Shown here one piece after another: positions 1 to 12,500 of a stretch of 64,000 bases of DNA. The stretch's first letter is position 1, and every line of letters begins with the position of its first letter. The DNA is from Eledone cirrhosa. Lineage: Eukaryota. Under the pieces are notes generated by a model. The model was not told the DNA's origin. It did not search any database and saw only the letters and a program-made list of their open reading frames with translations. Where the stretch lies: the NCBI GenBank assembly GCA_964016885.1, contig OZ024744.1:129332001-129396000 (forward strand), given 5' to 3'. Made by a program: the position numbers and the translations under genes.

Positions 1-1589
1 CTTAAGTTGGGGTTAAGTTAAGTTGGGGGAGAGTTAAGTTGGGGGTAAGTTAAGTTGGGGTTAAGTTAAGTTGGGGTTAAGTTGGGGTTAAGTTAATTTA
101 GGGTTAAGTTAAGTTGGGGTTGAGTTAAGTTGGGGTTAAGTTAAGTGGTGGTTATGTTAAGTTGGGGTTAAGTTAAGTTGGGGTTAATTTAAATTGGGGT
201 TAATTTAACTTTGTGGTTAAGTTAAGTTGGGGTTAATTTAAGTTGGGGTTAAGTTAAGTTGGGGTTAATTTAATTTGTGGTTAAGTTAAGTTGGGGTTAA
301 GTTAAGTTGGGGTTGAGTTAAGCTGGGGTTGAGTTAAGTTGGGGTTGAGTTAATTCGGGGTTAAGTTAAGTTGGGGTTAACTTAAGTTGGGTTTAATTTA
401 AGTTGGGGTTAAGTTAAGTTGGGGTTATAATTAAGTTGGGGTTAAGTTAAGTTGGGGGTAAGATAAGTTGGGGTTAGTTAAGTTGCGGTTAAGTTAAGTT
501 GGGGTTAAGTTAAGTTGGGGTTAAGTTAAGTTGGGGTTAAGTTAAGTTGGGGTTAATTTAAGTTGGGGTTAATTTAAGTTGGGGTAAAGTTAAGTTGGGG
601 GTAAGTTAAGTTGGGGTTAAGTTAAGTTGGGGTTAAGTTGGGGTTAAGTTAAGTTAGGGTTAACTTAAGTTGGGGTTGTGTTAAGTGGTGGTTATGTTAA
701 GTGGTGGTTATGTTAAGTTGGGGTTAAGTTAAGTTGGGGTTAAGTTAAATTGGGGGTAAGTTAAGTTGCGGTTAAGTTAAGTTGGGGTTAAGTTAAGTTG
801 GGGTTAAGTTAATTAGGGTTAAGTTAAGTTGGGGTTAAGTTAAGTTGGGGTTAAGTTAAGTTGGGGTTAAGTTAATTTGTGGTTAAGTTAAGTTGGGGTT
901 AAGTTAAGTTGGGGTTAAGTTAAGTTGGGGATAAGTTAAGTTGAGGATAAGTTAAGTTGGGGTTAATTAAGTTGGCTTTAAGTTAAGTTGGGGTTAAGTT
1001 AAGTTGGGGTTAAGTTAAGTTGGTTAGTTAAGTTGAGTTTAAGTTAAGTTGGGGTTAATTTAAGTTGGGGTTAAGTTAAGTTGGGGTTAAGTTAAGTTGG
1101 GGTTAAGTTAAGTTGGGGTTCAGTTAAGTTGGGGTTAAGTTGGGGTAAAATTAAGTTGGGGTTAAGTTAAGTTGCGGTTAAGTTAAGTTGAGGTTAAGTT
1201 AAGTTGGGGTTAAGTTAAGTTGGGGTTAAGTTAAGTTGGGGCTAAGTTAAGTTGGAGTTAAGTTAAGTTGGGGCTAAGTTAAGTTAGGGTTAAGTTAAGT
1301 TGGGGTTAAGTTAAGGTGGGGTTAAGTTAAGTTGGGGTCAACTTAAGTTGGGGTTAATTTAAGTTGGGGTTAACTTAAGTTGGGGTTAAGCTAAGTTGGG
1401 GTTAAGTTAAGTTGGGGTTAAGTTAAGTTGGGGTTACGTTAAGTTGGGGGTAAGTTTAGTTGGTGGTAAGTTAAGTTGGGGGTAAGTTAAGATGGGGTTA
1501 AGTTAAGTTGGGGTTAATTTAATTTGGGGTTAAGTTAAGTTAGGGTTAAGTTAAGTTGGGGTTGAGTTAAGTTGGGGTTAAGTTAAGTT

Positions 1590-4500
1590 GGGGTTATGTT
1601 AAGTTGGGGTTAAGTTAAGTTGGGGTTAAGTTAAGTTGGGGTTCAATTAAGTTGCGGTTAATTTAAGTTGGGGTTAAGTTAAGTTGGGGTTAAGTTAAGT
1701 TGGGGTTAAGTTAAGTTGGGGTTAAATTAAGTTGGGGTTAAATTAAGTTGGGGTTAAGTTAAGTTGGGGTTATGTTAAGTTGGTGTTAAGTTAAGTTGGG
1801 GTTAAGTTAAGTTGGGGTTAAGTTAGGTTGGTGTTAATTTAAGTTGGGGGTAAGTTAAGTTGGGGGTAAGTTAAGTTGGTGTTAAGTTAAGTTGGGGTTA
1901 AGTTAAGTTGGGGTTAAGTTAAGTTGGGGTTAAGTTAGGGTCGAGTTAAGTTGGGGTTAAGTTAAGTTGGGGTTAAGTTAAGTTGGGGTTAATTTAATTT
2001 GTGGTTAAGTTAAGTTGGGGTTAAGTTAAGTTGGGGTTGAGTTAAGCTGGGGTTAAGTTAAGTTGAGGTTAAAGTTAAGTAGGGGTTAAATTATGTTGGG
2101 GTTAAGTTAAGTTGGGGTTAAGTTAAGTTGGGGTTAAGTTAAGTTGGGGATAAGTTAAGTTGGGGATAAGTTAAGTTGGGGTTAATTAAGTTGGGGTTAA
2201 GTTAAGTTGGGGTTAAGTTAAGTTGGTTAGTTAAGTTGAGTTTAAGTTAAGTTGGGCTTAATTTAAGTTGGGGTTAAGTTAAGTTGGGGTTAAGTTAAGT
2301 TGGGGTTAAGTTAAGTTGGGGTTAAGTTAAGTTGGGGTTCAGTCAAGTTGGGGTTAAGTTAAGTTGGGGTTAAGTTGGGGTAAAATTAAGTTGGGGTTAA
2401 GTTAAGTTGGGGTTAAGTTAAGTTGGGGTTAAGTTAAGTTGGGGTTAAGTTAAGTTGCGGTTAAGTTAAGTTGAGGTTAAGTTAAGTTGGGGTTAAGTTA
2501 AGTTGGGGTTAATTTAAGTTGGGGCTAAGTTAAGTTGGGGCTAAGTTAAGTTGGGGCTAAGTTAAGTTGGGGTTAAGTTAACTTTGGGTTAAGTTAAGTT
2601 GGGTTTGAGTTAAGTTGGGGTTAATTAAGTTGGGGTTAAGTTAAGTTGGGGTTAAGTTAAGTTGTGGTTAAGTTAAGTTGGGGTTAAGTTAAGTTGCGGT
2701 TAAGTTAAGTTGATGTTAAGTTAAGTTGGGGTTAAGTTAAGTTGGGGTTAAGTTAAGTTGGGGCTAAGTTAAGTTGGGGTTAAGTTAAGTTGGGGCTAAG
2801 TTAAGTTGGGGTTAAGTTAAGGTGGGGTTAAGTTAAGTTGGGGTCAACTTAAGTTGGGGTTAAGTTATGTTGGGGTTAAGTTAAGTTGGGGTTAAGTTAA
2901 GTTGGGGTTACATTAAGTTGGGGGTAAGTTAAGTTGGTGGTAAGTTAAGTTGGGGGTAAGTTAAGATGGGGTTAAGTTAAGTTGGGGTTAATTTAATTTG
3001 GGGTTAAGTTAAGTTAGGGTTAAGTTAAGTTGGGGTTATGTTAAGTTGGGGTTAAGTTAAGTTGGGGTTAAGTTAAGTTGGGGTTCAATTAAGTTGCGGT
3101 TAATTTAAGTTGGGTTTAAGTTAAGTTGGGGTTAAGTTAAGTTGGGGTTATGTTAAGTTGGTGTTAAGTTAAGTTGGGGATAAGTTAAGTTGGGGTTAAG
3201 TTAAGTTGGGGTTAAGTTAGGTTGGTGTTAAGTTAAGTTGGCGGTAAGTTAAGTTGGGGTTAAGTAAAGTTAGGGCTAAGTTAAGTTGGGGTTAAGTTAA
3301 GTTGGGGTTAATTTAAGTTGGGGTTACATTAAGTTGAGGTTAAGTTAAGTTGGGGTTAAGTTAAGTTGGGTTTAAGTTAAGTTGGGGCTAAGTTAAGTTA
3401 GGGCTAAGTTAAGTTGGGGCTGAGTTAAGTTGGGGTTAATTTAAGTTGGGTTTAAGTTAAGTTGGGGTTAAGTTAAGTTGGGGTTATGTTAAGTTGGTGT
3501 TAAGTTAAGTTGGGGTTAAGTTAAGTTGGGGTTAAGTTAAGTTGGGGTTAAGTTAGGTTGGTGTTAAGTTAAGTTGGCGGTAAGTTAAGTTGGGGGTAAG
3601 TTAAGTTGGTGTTAAGTTATGTTGGGGTTAAGTTAAGTTGGGGTTAAGTTAAGTTGGGTTTAAGTTAAGTTGGGGCTAAGTTAAGTTAGGGCTAAGTTAA
3701 GTTGGGGTTAAGTAAAGTTAGGGCTAAGTTAAGTTGGGGTTAAGTTAAGTTGGGGTTAATTTAAGTTGGGGTTACATTAAGTTGAGGTTAAGTTAAGTTG
3801 GGGTTAAGTTAAGTTGGGTTTAAGTTAAGTTGGGGCTAAGTTAAGTTAAGGCTAAGTTAAGTTGGGGCTGAGTTAAGTTGGGGTTAAGTTAAGTTGGGGT
3901 TGAGTTAAGTTGGGGTTAAGTTAAGTTGGGGTTAAGTTAAGTTGGGGTTAAGTTAAGTTGGGGCTGAGTTAAGTTGGGATTACGTTAAGTTGGGGTTAAG
4001 GTAAGTTGGGGTAAAGTTAAGTTCGGGTTAAGTTAAGTTGGTGTTAAGTTAAGTTGGGGCTGAGTTAAGTTGGGGCTAAGTTAAGTTGGGTCTAAGTTAA
4101 GTTGGGGTTAAGTTAAGTTGGGGTTAAGTTAAGTTGGTGTTAAATTAAGTTGGGGTTAAGTTAAGTTGGTGTTAAGTTAAGTTGGGGTTAAGTTAAGTTG
4201 GGGTTAATTAAGTTGGGGTTAAGTTAAGTTGGGGTTAAGTTAATTGGGGTTAAATTAAGTTAGGGTTGAGTTAAGTTGGGGTTAAGTTAAGGTGGGGTTA
4301 AGTTAAGTTGGGGTCAACTTAAGTTGGGGTTAAGTTAAGTTGGGGTTAAGTTAAGTTGGGGTTAAGTTAAGTTGGGGTTACGTTAAGTTGGGGGTAAGTT
4401 AAGTTGGTGGTAAGTTAAGATGGGGTTAAGTTAAGTTGGGGTTAATTTAATTTGGGGTTAAGTTAAGTTAGGGTTAAGTTAAGTTGGGGTTATGTTAAGT

Positions 4501-7500
4501 TGGGGTTAAGTTAAGTTGGGGTTAAGTTAAGTTGGGGTTCAATTAAGTTGGGGTTAAGTTAAGTTGGGGGTAAGATAAGTTGGGGTTAGTTAAGTTGGGG
4601 TTAAGTTAAGTTGGGGTTAAGTTAAGTTGGGGTTAAGTTAAGTTGGGGTTAAGTTAAGTTGGGGTTAAGTTAAGTTGGGGTTAAGTTAAGTTGGTGTTAA
4701 ATTAAGTTGGGGTTAAGTTAAGTTGGTGTTAAGTTAAGTTGGGGTTAAGTTAAGTTGGGGTTAATTAAGTTGGGGTTAAGTTAAGTTGGGGTTAAGTTAA
4801 TTGGGGTTAAATTAAGTTAGGGTTGAGTTAAGTTGGGGTTAAGTTAAGGTGGGGTTAAGTTAAGTTGGGGTCAACTTAAGTTGGGGTTAAGTTAAGTTGG
4901 GGTTAAGTTAAGTTGGGGGTAAGATAAGTTGGGGTTAGTTAAGTTGGGGTTAAGTTAAGTTGGGGTTAAGTTAAGTTGGGGTTAAGTTGGGGTTAAGTTA
5001 AGTTAGGGTTAACTTAAGTTGGGGTTGTGTTAAGTGGTGGTTATGTTAAGTGGTGGTTATGTTAAGTTGGGGTTAAGTTAAATTGGGGTTAAGTTAGGTT
5101 GCGGTTAAGTTAAGTTGGGGTTAAGTTAAGTTGGGGTTAAGTTAATTAGGGTTAAGTTAAGTTGGGGTTAAGTTAAGTTGGGGTTAAGTTAATTTGTTGT
5201 TAAGTTAAGTTGGGGTTAAGTTAAGTTGGGGTTAAGTTAAGTTGGGGATAAGTTAAGTTGGGGATAAGTTAAGTTGGGGTTAATTAAGTTGGGTTTAAGT
5301 TAAGTTGGGGTTAAGTTAAGTTGGGGTTAAGTTAAGTTGGGGTTAAGTTAAGTTGGTTAGTTAAGTTGAGTTTAAGTTAAGTTGGGGTTAATTTAAGTTG
5401 GGGTTAAGTTAAGTTGGGGTTAATTTAAGTTGGGATTAAGTTAAGTTGGGGTTAAGTTAAGTTGGGGTTCAGTTAAGTTGGGGTTAAGTTAAGTTGGGGT
5501 TAAGTTGGGGTAAAATTAAGTTGGGGTTAAGTTAAGTTGGGGTTAAGTTAAGTTGGGGTTAAGTTAAGTTGCGGTTAAGTTAAGTTGAGGTTAAGTTAAG
5601 TTGGAGTTAAGTTAAGTTGGGGTTAAGTTAAGTTGGGGCTAAGTTAAGTTGGGGCTAAGTTAAGTTGGGGCTAAGTTAAGTTGGGGTTAAGTTAACTTTG
5701 GGTTAAGTTAAGTTGGGTTTGAGTTATGTTGGGGTTAATTAAGTTGGGGTTAAGTTAAGTTGGGGTTAATTTAAGTTGGGGTTATGTTAAGTTGGGGTTA
5801 AGTTAAGTTGGGGTTCAATTAAGTTGCGGTTAATTTAAGTTGGGGTTAAGTTAAGTTGGGGTTAAGTTAAGTTGGGGTTAAGTTAAGTTGGGGTTAAATT
5901 AAGTTGGGGTTAAATTAAGTTGGGGTTAAGTTAAGTTGGGGTTATGTTAAGTTGGTGTTAAGTTAAGTTGGGGTTAAGTTAAGTTGGGGTTAAGTTAGGT
6001 TGGTGTTAATTTAAGTTGGGGGTAAGTTAAGTTGGGGGTAAGTTAAGTTGGTGTTAAGTTAAGTTGGGGTTAAGTTAAGTTGGGGTTAAGTTAAGTTGGG
6101 GTTAAGTTAGGGTCGAGTTAAGTTGGGGTTAAGTTAAGTTGGGGTTAAGTTAAGTTGGGGTTAATTTAATTTGTGGTTAAGTTAAGTTGGGGTTAAGTTA
6201 AGTTGGGGTTGAGTTAAGCTGGGGTTAAGTTAAGTTGAGGTTAAAGTTAAGTAGGGGTTAAATTATGTTGGGGTTAAGTTAAGTTGGGGTTAAGTTAAGT
6301 TGGGGTTAAGTTAAGTTGGGGATAAGTTAAGTTGGGGATAAGTTAAGTTGGGGTTAATTAAGTTGGGGTTAAGTTAAGTTGGGGTTAAGTTAAGTTGGTT
6401 AGTTAAGTTGAGTTTAAGTTAAGTTGGGCTTAATTTAAGTTGGGGTTAAGTTAAGTTGGGGTTAAGTTAAGTTGGGGTTAAGTTAAGTTGGGGTTAAGTT
6501 AAGTTGGGGTTAAGTCAAGTTGGGGTTAAGTTAAGTTGGGGTTAAGTTGGGGTAAAATTAAGTTGGGGTTAAGTTAAGTTGGGGTTAAGTTAAGTTGGGG
6601 TTAAGTTAAGTTGGGGTTAAGTTAAGTTGCGGTTAAGTTAAGTTGAGGTTAAGTTAAGTTGGGGTTAAGTTAAGTTGGGGTTAATTTAAGTTGGGGCTAA
6701 GTTAAGTTGGGGCTAAGTTAAGTTGGGGCTAAGTTAAGTTGGGGTTAAGTTAACTTTGGGTTAAGTTAAGTTGGGTTTGAGTTAAGTTGGGGTTAATTAA
6801 GTTGGGGTTAAGTTAAGTTGGGGTTAAGTTAAGTTGTGGTTAAGTTAAGTTGGGGTTAAGTTAAGTTGCGGTTAAGTTAAGTTGATGTTAAGTTAAGTTG
6901 GGGTTAAGTTAAGTTGGGGTTAAGTTAAGTTGGGGCTAAGTTAAGTTGGGGTTAAGTTAAGTTGGGGCTAAGTTAAGTTGGGGTTAAGTTAAGGTGGGGT
7001 TAAGTTAAGTTGGGGTCAACTTAAGTTGGGGTTAAGTTATGTTGGGGTTAAGTTAAGTTGGGGTTAAGTTAAGTTGGGGTTACATTAAGTTGGGGGTAAG
7101 TTAAGTTGGTGGTAAGTTAAGTTGGGGGTAAGTTAAGATGGGGTTAAGTTAAGTTGGGGTTAATTTAATTTGGGGTTAAGTTAAGTTAGGGTTAAGTTAA
7201 GTTGGGGTTATGTTAAGTTGGGGTTAAGTTAAGTTGGGGTTAAGTTAAGTTGGGGTTCAATTAAGTTGCGGTTAATTTAAGTTGGGTTTAAGTTAAGTTG
7301 GGGTTAAGTTAAGTTGGGGTTATGTTAAGTTGGTGTTAAGTTAAGTTGGGGATAAGTTAAGTTGGGGTTAAGTTAAGTTGGGGTTAAGTTAGGTTGGTGT
7401 TAAGTTAAGTTGGCGGTAAGTTAAGTTGGGGTTAAGTAAAGTTAGGGCTAAGTTAAGTTGGGGTTAAGTTAAGTTGGGGTTAATTTAAGTTGGGGTTACA

Positions 7501-8720
7501 TTAAGTTGAGGTTAAGTTAAGTTGGGGTTAAGTTAAGTTGGGTTTAAGTTAAGTTGGGGCTAAGTTAAGTTAGGGCTAAGTTAAGTTGGGGCTGAGTTAA
7601 GTTGGGGTTAATTTAAGTTGGGTTTAAGTTAAGTTGGGGTTAAGTTAAGTTGGGGTTATGTTAAGTTGGTGTTAAGTTAAGTTGGGGTTAAGTTAAGTTG
7701 GGGTTAAGTTAAGTTGGGGTTAAGTTAGGTTGGTGTTAAGTTAAGTTGGCGGTAAGTTAAGTTGGCGGTAAGTTAAGTTGGTGTTAAGTTATGTTGGGGT
7801 TAAGTTAAGTTGGGGTTAAGTTAAGTTGGGTTTAAGTTAAGTTGGGGCTAAGTTAAGTTAGGGCTAAGTTAAGTTGGGGTTAAGTAAAGTTAGGGCTAAG
7901 TTAAGTTGGGGTTAAGTTAAGTTGGGGTTAATTTAAGTTGGGGTTACATTAAGTTGAGGTTAAGTTAAGTTGGGGTTAAGTTAAGTTGGGTTTAAGTTAT
8001 GTTGGGGCTAAGTTAAGTTAGGGCTAAGTTAAGTTGGGGCTGAGTTAAGTTGGGGTTAAGTTAAGTTGGGGTTGAGTTAAGTTGGGGTTAAGTTAAGTTG
8101 GGGTTAAGTTAAGTTGGGGTTAAGTTAAGTTGGGGCTGAGTTAAGTTGGGATTACGTTAAGTTGGGGTTAAGGTAAGTTGGGGTTAAGTTAAGTTCGGGT
8201 TAAGTTAAGTTGGTGTTAAGTTAAGTTGGGGCTGAGTTAAGTTGGGGCTAAGTTAAGTTGGGTCTAAGTTAAGTTGGGGTTAAGTTAAGTTGGGGTTAAG
8301 TTAAGTTGGTGTTAAATTAAGTTGGGGTTAAGTTAAGTTGGTGTTAAGTTAAGTTGGGGTTAAGTTAAGTTGGGGTTAATTAAGTTGGGGTTAAGTTAAG
8401 TTGGGGTTAAGTTAATTGGGGTTAAATTAAGTTAGGGTTGAGTTAAGTTGGGGTTAAGTTAAGGTGGGGTTAAGTTAAGTTGGGGTCAACTTAAGTTGGG
8501 GTTAAGTTAAGTTGGGGTTAAGTTAAGTTGGGGTTAAGTTAAGTTGGGGTTAAGTTAAGTTGGGGTTACGTTAAGTTGGGGGTAAGTTAAGTTGGTGGTA
8601 AGTTAAGATGGGGTTAAGTTAAGTTGGGGTTAATTTAATTTGGGGTTAAGTTAAGTTAGGGTTAAGTTAAGTTGGGGTTATGTTAAGTTGGGGTTAAGTT
8701 AAGTTGGGGTTCAATTAAGT
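1590..8720 (+). repeat. Internal duplication inside the 9.6-kb unit (offset 4172 bp)
   Basis: TCGA at 1941 and 6113, and GGGTCTAAG at 4088 and 8260, both give an offset of 4172. The intervening variant order matches (about 1590-4550 vs about 5770-8720). Confidence 0.85.
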
Positions 8721-9324
8721 TGCGGTTAATTTAAGTTGGGTTTAAGTTAAGTTGGGGTTAAGTTAAGTTGGGGTTATGTTAAGTTGGTGTTAAGTTAAGT
8801 TGGGGTTAAGTTAAGTTGGGGTTAAGTTAAGTTGGGGTTAAGTTAGGTTGGGTTTAAGTTAAGCTGGGGCTAAGTTAAGTTAGGGCTAAGTTAAGTTGGG
8901 ATTAAGTAAAGTTAGGGCTAAGTTAAGTTGGGGTTAAGTTAAGTTGGGGTTAATTTAAGTTGGGGTTACATTAAGTTGAGGTTAAGTTAAGTTGGGGTTA
9001 AGTTAAGTTGGGTTTAAGTTAAGTTGGGGCTAAGTTAAGTTAGGGCTAAGTTAAGTTGGGGCTGAGTTAAGTTGGGGTTAAGTTAAGTTGGGGTTGAGTT
9101 AAGTTGGGGTTAAGTTAAGTTGGGGTTAAGTTAAGTTGAGGTTAAGTTAAGTTGGGGCTGAGTTAAGTTGGGGTTACGTTAAGTTGGGGTTAAGGTAAGT
9201 TGGGGTTAAGTTAAGTTCGGGTTAATTTAAGTTGGTGTTAAGTTAAGTTGGGGCTGAGTTAAGTTGGGGCTAAGTTAAGTTGGGTCTAAGTTAAGTTGGG
9301 GTTAAGTTAAGTTGGGGTTAAGTT

Positions 9325-9550
9325 AAGTTGGTGTTAAGTTAAGTTGGGGTTAAGTTAAGTTGGGGTTAATTAAGTTGGGGTTAAGTTAATTTGGGGTTAA
9401 GTTAATTGGGGTTAAATTAAGTTAGGGTTGAGTTAAGTTGGTGTTAAGTTAAGTTGGGGTTAAGTTAAGTTGGGGTTAATTAAGTTGGGGTTAAGTTAAT
9501 TTGGGGTTAAGTTAATTGGGGTTAAATTAAGTTAGGGTTGAGTTAAGTTG
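9325..9550 (+). repeat. Local 110-bp tandem duplication (7 monomers, two of them 15 bp)
   Basis: GGTG occurs at 9330 and 9440, each followed by TTAATTAAG, TTAATTTGGGG, TTAATTGGGG, TTAAATTAAG, TTAGGGTTGAG. The block is single in the paralogous positions near 18850-18960 and 22370-22480. Confidence 0.85.
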
Positions 9551-12500
9551 GGGTTAAGTTAAGTTGGGGTTAAGTAAAGTTGGGGTTCAGTTAAGTTGCG
9601 GTTAAGTTAAGTTGGGGTTAAGTTAAGTTAGGCTTAACTTAAGTTGGGGTTAAGTTAAGTTGGGGGAGAGTTAAGTTGGGGGTAAGTTAAGTTGGGGTTA
9701 AGTTAAGTTGGGGTTAAGTTGGGGTTAAGTTAATTTAGGGTTAAGTTAAGTTGGGGTTGAGTTAAGTTGGGGTTAAGTTAAGTGGTGGTTATGTTAAGTT
9801 GGGGTTAAGTTAATTGGGGTTAATTTAAATTGGGGTTAATTTAACTTTGTGGTTAAGTTAAGTTGGGGTTAATTTAAGTTGGGGTTAAGTTAAGTTGGGG
9901 TTAATTTAATTTGTGGTTAAGTTAAGTTGGGGTTAAGTTAAGTTGGGGTTGAGTTAAGCTGGGGTTGAGTTAAGTTGGGGTTGAGTTAATTCGGGGTTAA
10001 GTTAAGTTGGGGTTAACTTAAGTTGGGTTTAATTTAAGTTGGGGTTAAGTTAATTTGGGGTTATAATTAAGTTGGGGTTAAGTTAAGTTGGGGGTAAGAT
10101 AAGTTGGGGTTAGTTAAGTTGCGGTTAAGTTAAGTTGGGGTTAAGTTAAGTTGGGGTTAAGTTAAGTTGGGGTTAAGTTAAGTTGGGGTTAATTTAAGTT
10201 GGGGTTAATTTAAGTTGGGGTAAAGTTAAGTTGGGGGTAAGTTAAGTTGGGGTTAAGTTAAGTTGGGGTTAAGTTGGGGTTAAGTTAAGTTAGGGTTAAC
10301 TTAAGTTGGGGTTGTGTTAAGTGGTGGTTATGTTAAGTGGTGGTTATGTTAAGTTGGGGTTAAGTTAAGTTGGGGTTAAGTTAAATTGGGGGTAAGTTAA
10401 GTTGCGGTTAAGTTAAGTTGGGGTTAAGTTAAGTTGGGGTTAAGTTAATTAGGGTTAAGTTAAGTTGGGGTTAAGTTAAGTTGGGGTTAAGTTAAGTTGG
10501 GGTTAAGTTAATTTGTGGTTAAGTTAAGTTGGGGTTAAGTTAAGTTGGGGTTAAGTTAAGTTGGGGATAAGTTAAGTTGAGGATAAGTTAAGTTGGGGTT
10601 AATTAAGTTGGCTTTAAGTTAAGTTGGGGTTAAGTTAAGTTGGGGTTAAGTTAAGTTGGTTAGTTAAGTTGAGTTTAAGTTAAGTTGGGGTTAATTTAAG
10701 TTGGGGTTAAGTTAAGTTGGGGTTAAGTTAAGTTGGGGTTAAGTTAAGTTGGGGTTCAGTTAAGTTGGGGTTAAGTTGGGGTAAAATTAAGTTGGGGTTA
10801 AGTTAAGTTGCGGTTAAGTTAAGTTGAGGTTAAGTTAAGTTGGGGTTAAGTTAAGTTGGGGTTAAGTTAAGTTGTGGCTAAGTTAAGTTGGAGTTAAGTT
10901 AAGTTGGGGCTAAGTTAAGTTAGGGTTAAGTTAAGTTGGGGTTAAGTTAAGGTGGGGTTAAGTTAAGTTGGGGTCAACTTAAGTTGGGGTTAATTTAAGT
11001 TGGGGTTAACTTAAGTTGGGGTTAAGCTAAGTTGGGGTTAAGTTAAGTTGGGGTTAAGTTAAGTTGGGGTTACGTTAAGTTGGGGGTAAGTTAAGTTGGT
11101 GGTAAGTTAAGTTGGGGGTAAGTTAAGATGGGGTTAAGTTAAGTTGGGGTTAATTTAATTTGGGGTTAAGTTAAGTTAGGGTTAAGTTAAGTTGGGGTTG
11201 AGTTAAGTTGGGGTTAAGTTAAGTTGGGGTTATGTTAAGTTGGGGTTAAGTTAAGTTGGGGTTAAGTTAAGTTGGGGTTCAATTAAGTTGCGGTTAATTT
11301 AAGTTGGGGTTAAGTTAAGTTGGGGTTAAGTTAAGTTGGGGTTAAGTTAAGTTGGGGTTAAATTAAGTTGGGGTTAAATTAAGTTGGGGTTAAGTTAAGT
11401 TGGGGTTATGTTAAGTTGGTGTTAAGTTAAGTTGGGGTTAAGTTAAGTTGGGGTTAAGTTAGGTTGGTGTTAATTTAAGTTGGGGGTAAGTTAAGTTGGG
11501 GGTAAGTTAAGTTGGTGTTAAGTTAAGTTGGGGTTAAGTTAAGTTGGGGTTAAGTTAAGTTGGGGTTAAGTTAGGGTCGAGTTAAGTTGGGGTTAAGTTA
11601 AGTTGGGGTTAAGTTAAGTTGGGGTTAATTTAATTTGTGGTTAAGTTAAGTTGGGGTTAAGTTAAGTTGGGGTTGAGTTAAGCTGGGGTTAAGTTAAGTT
11701 GAGGTTAAAGTTAAGTAGGGGTTAAATTATGTTGGGGTTAAGTTAAGTTGGGGTTAAGTTAAGTTGGGGTTAAGTTAAGTTGGGGATAAGTTAAGTTGGG
11801 GATAAGTTAAGTTGGGGTTAATTAAGTTGGGGTTAAGTTAAGTTGGGGTTAAGTTAAGTTGGTTAGTTAAGTTGAGTTTAAGTTAAGTTGGGCTTAATTT
11901 AAGTTGGGGTTAAGTTAAGTTGGGGTTAAGTTAAGTTGGGGTTAAGTTAAGTTGGGGTTAAGTTAAGTTGGGGTTCAGTCAAGTTGGGGTTAAGTTAAGT
12001 TGGGGTTAAGTTGGGGTAAAATTAAGTTGGGGTTAAGTTAAGTTGGGGTTAAGTTAAGTTGGGGTTAAGTTAAGTTGGGGTTAAGTTAAGTTGCGGTTAA
12101 GTTAAGTTGAGGTTAAGTTAAGTTGGGGTTAAGTTAAGTTGGGGTTAATTTAAGTTGGGGCTAAGTTAAGTTGGGGCTAAGTTAAGTTGGGGCTAAGTTA
12201 AGTTGGGGTTAAGTTAACTTTGGGTTAAGTTAAGTTGGGTTTGAGTTAAGTTGGGGTTAATTAAGTTGGGGTTAAGTTAAGTTGGGGTTAAGTTAAGTTG
12301 TGGTTAAGTTAAGTTGGGGTTAAGTTAAGTTGCGGTTAAGTTAAGTTGATGTTAAGTTAAGTTGGGGTTAAGTTAAGTTGGGGTTAAGTTAAGTTGGGGC
12401 TAAGTTAAGTTGGGGTTAAGTTAAGTTGGGGCTAAGTTAAGTTGGGGTTAAGTTAAGGTGGGGTTAAGTTAAGTTGGGGTCAACTTAAGTTGGGGTTAAG

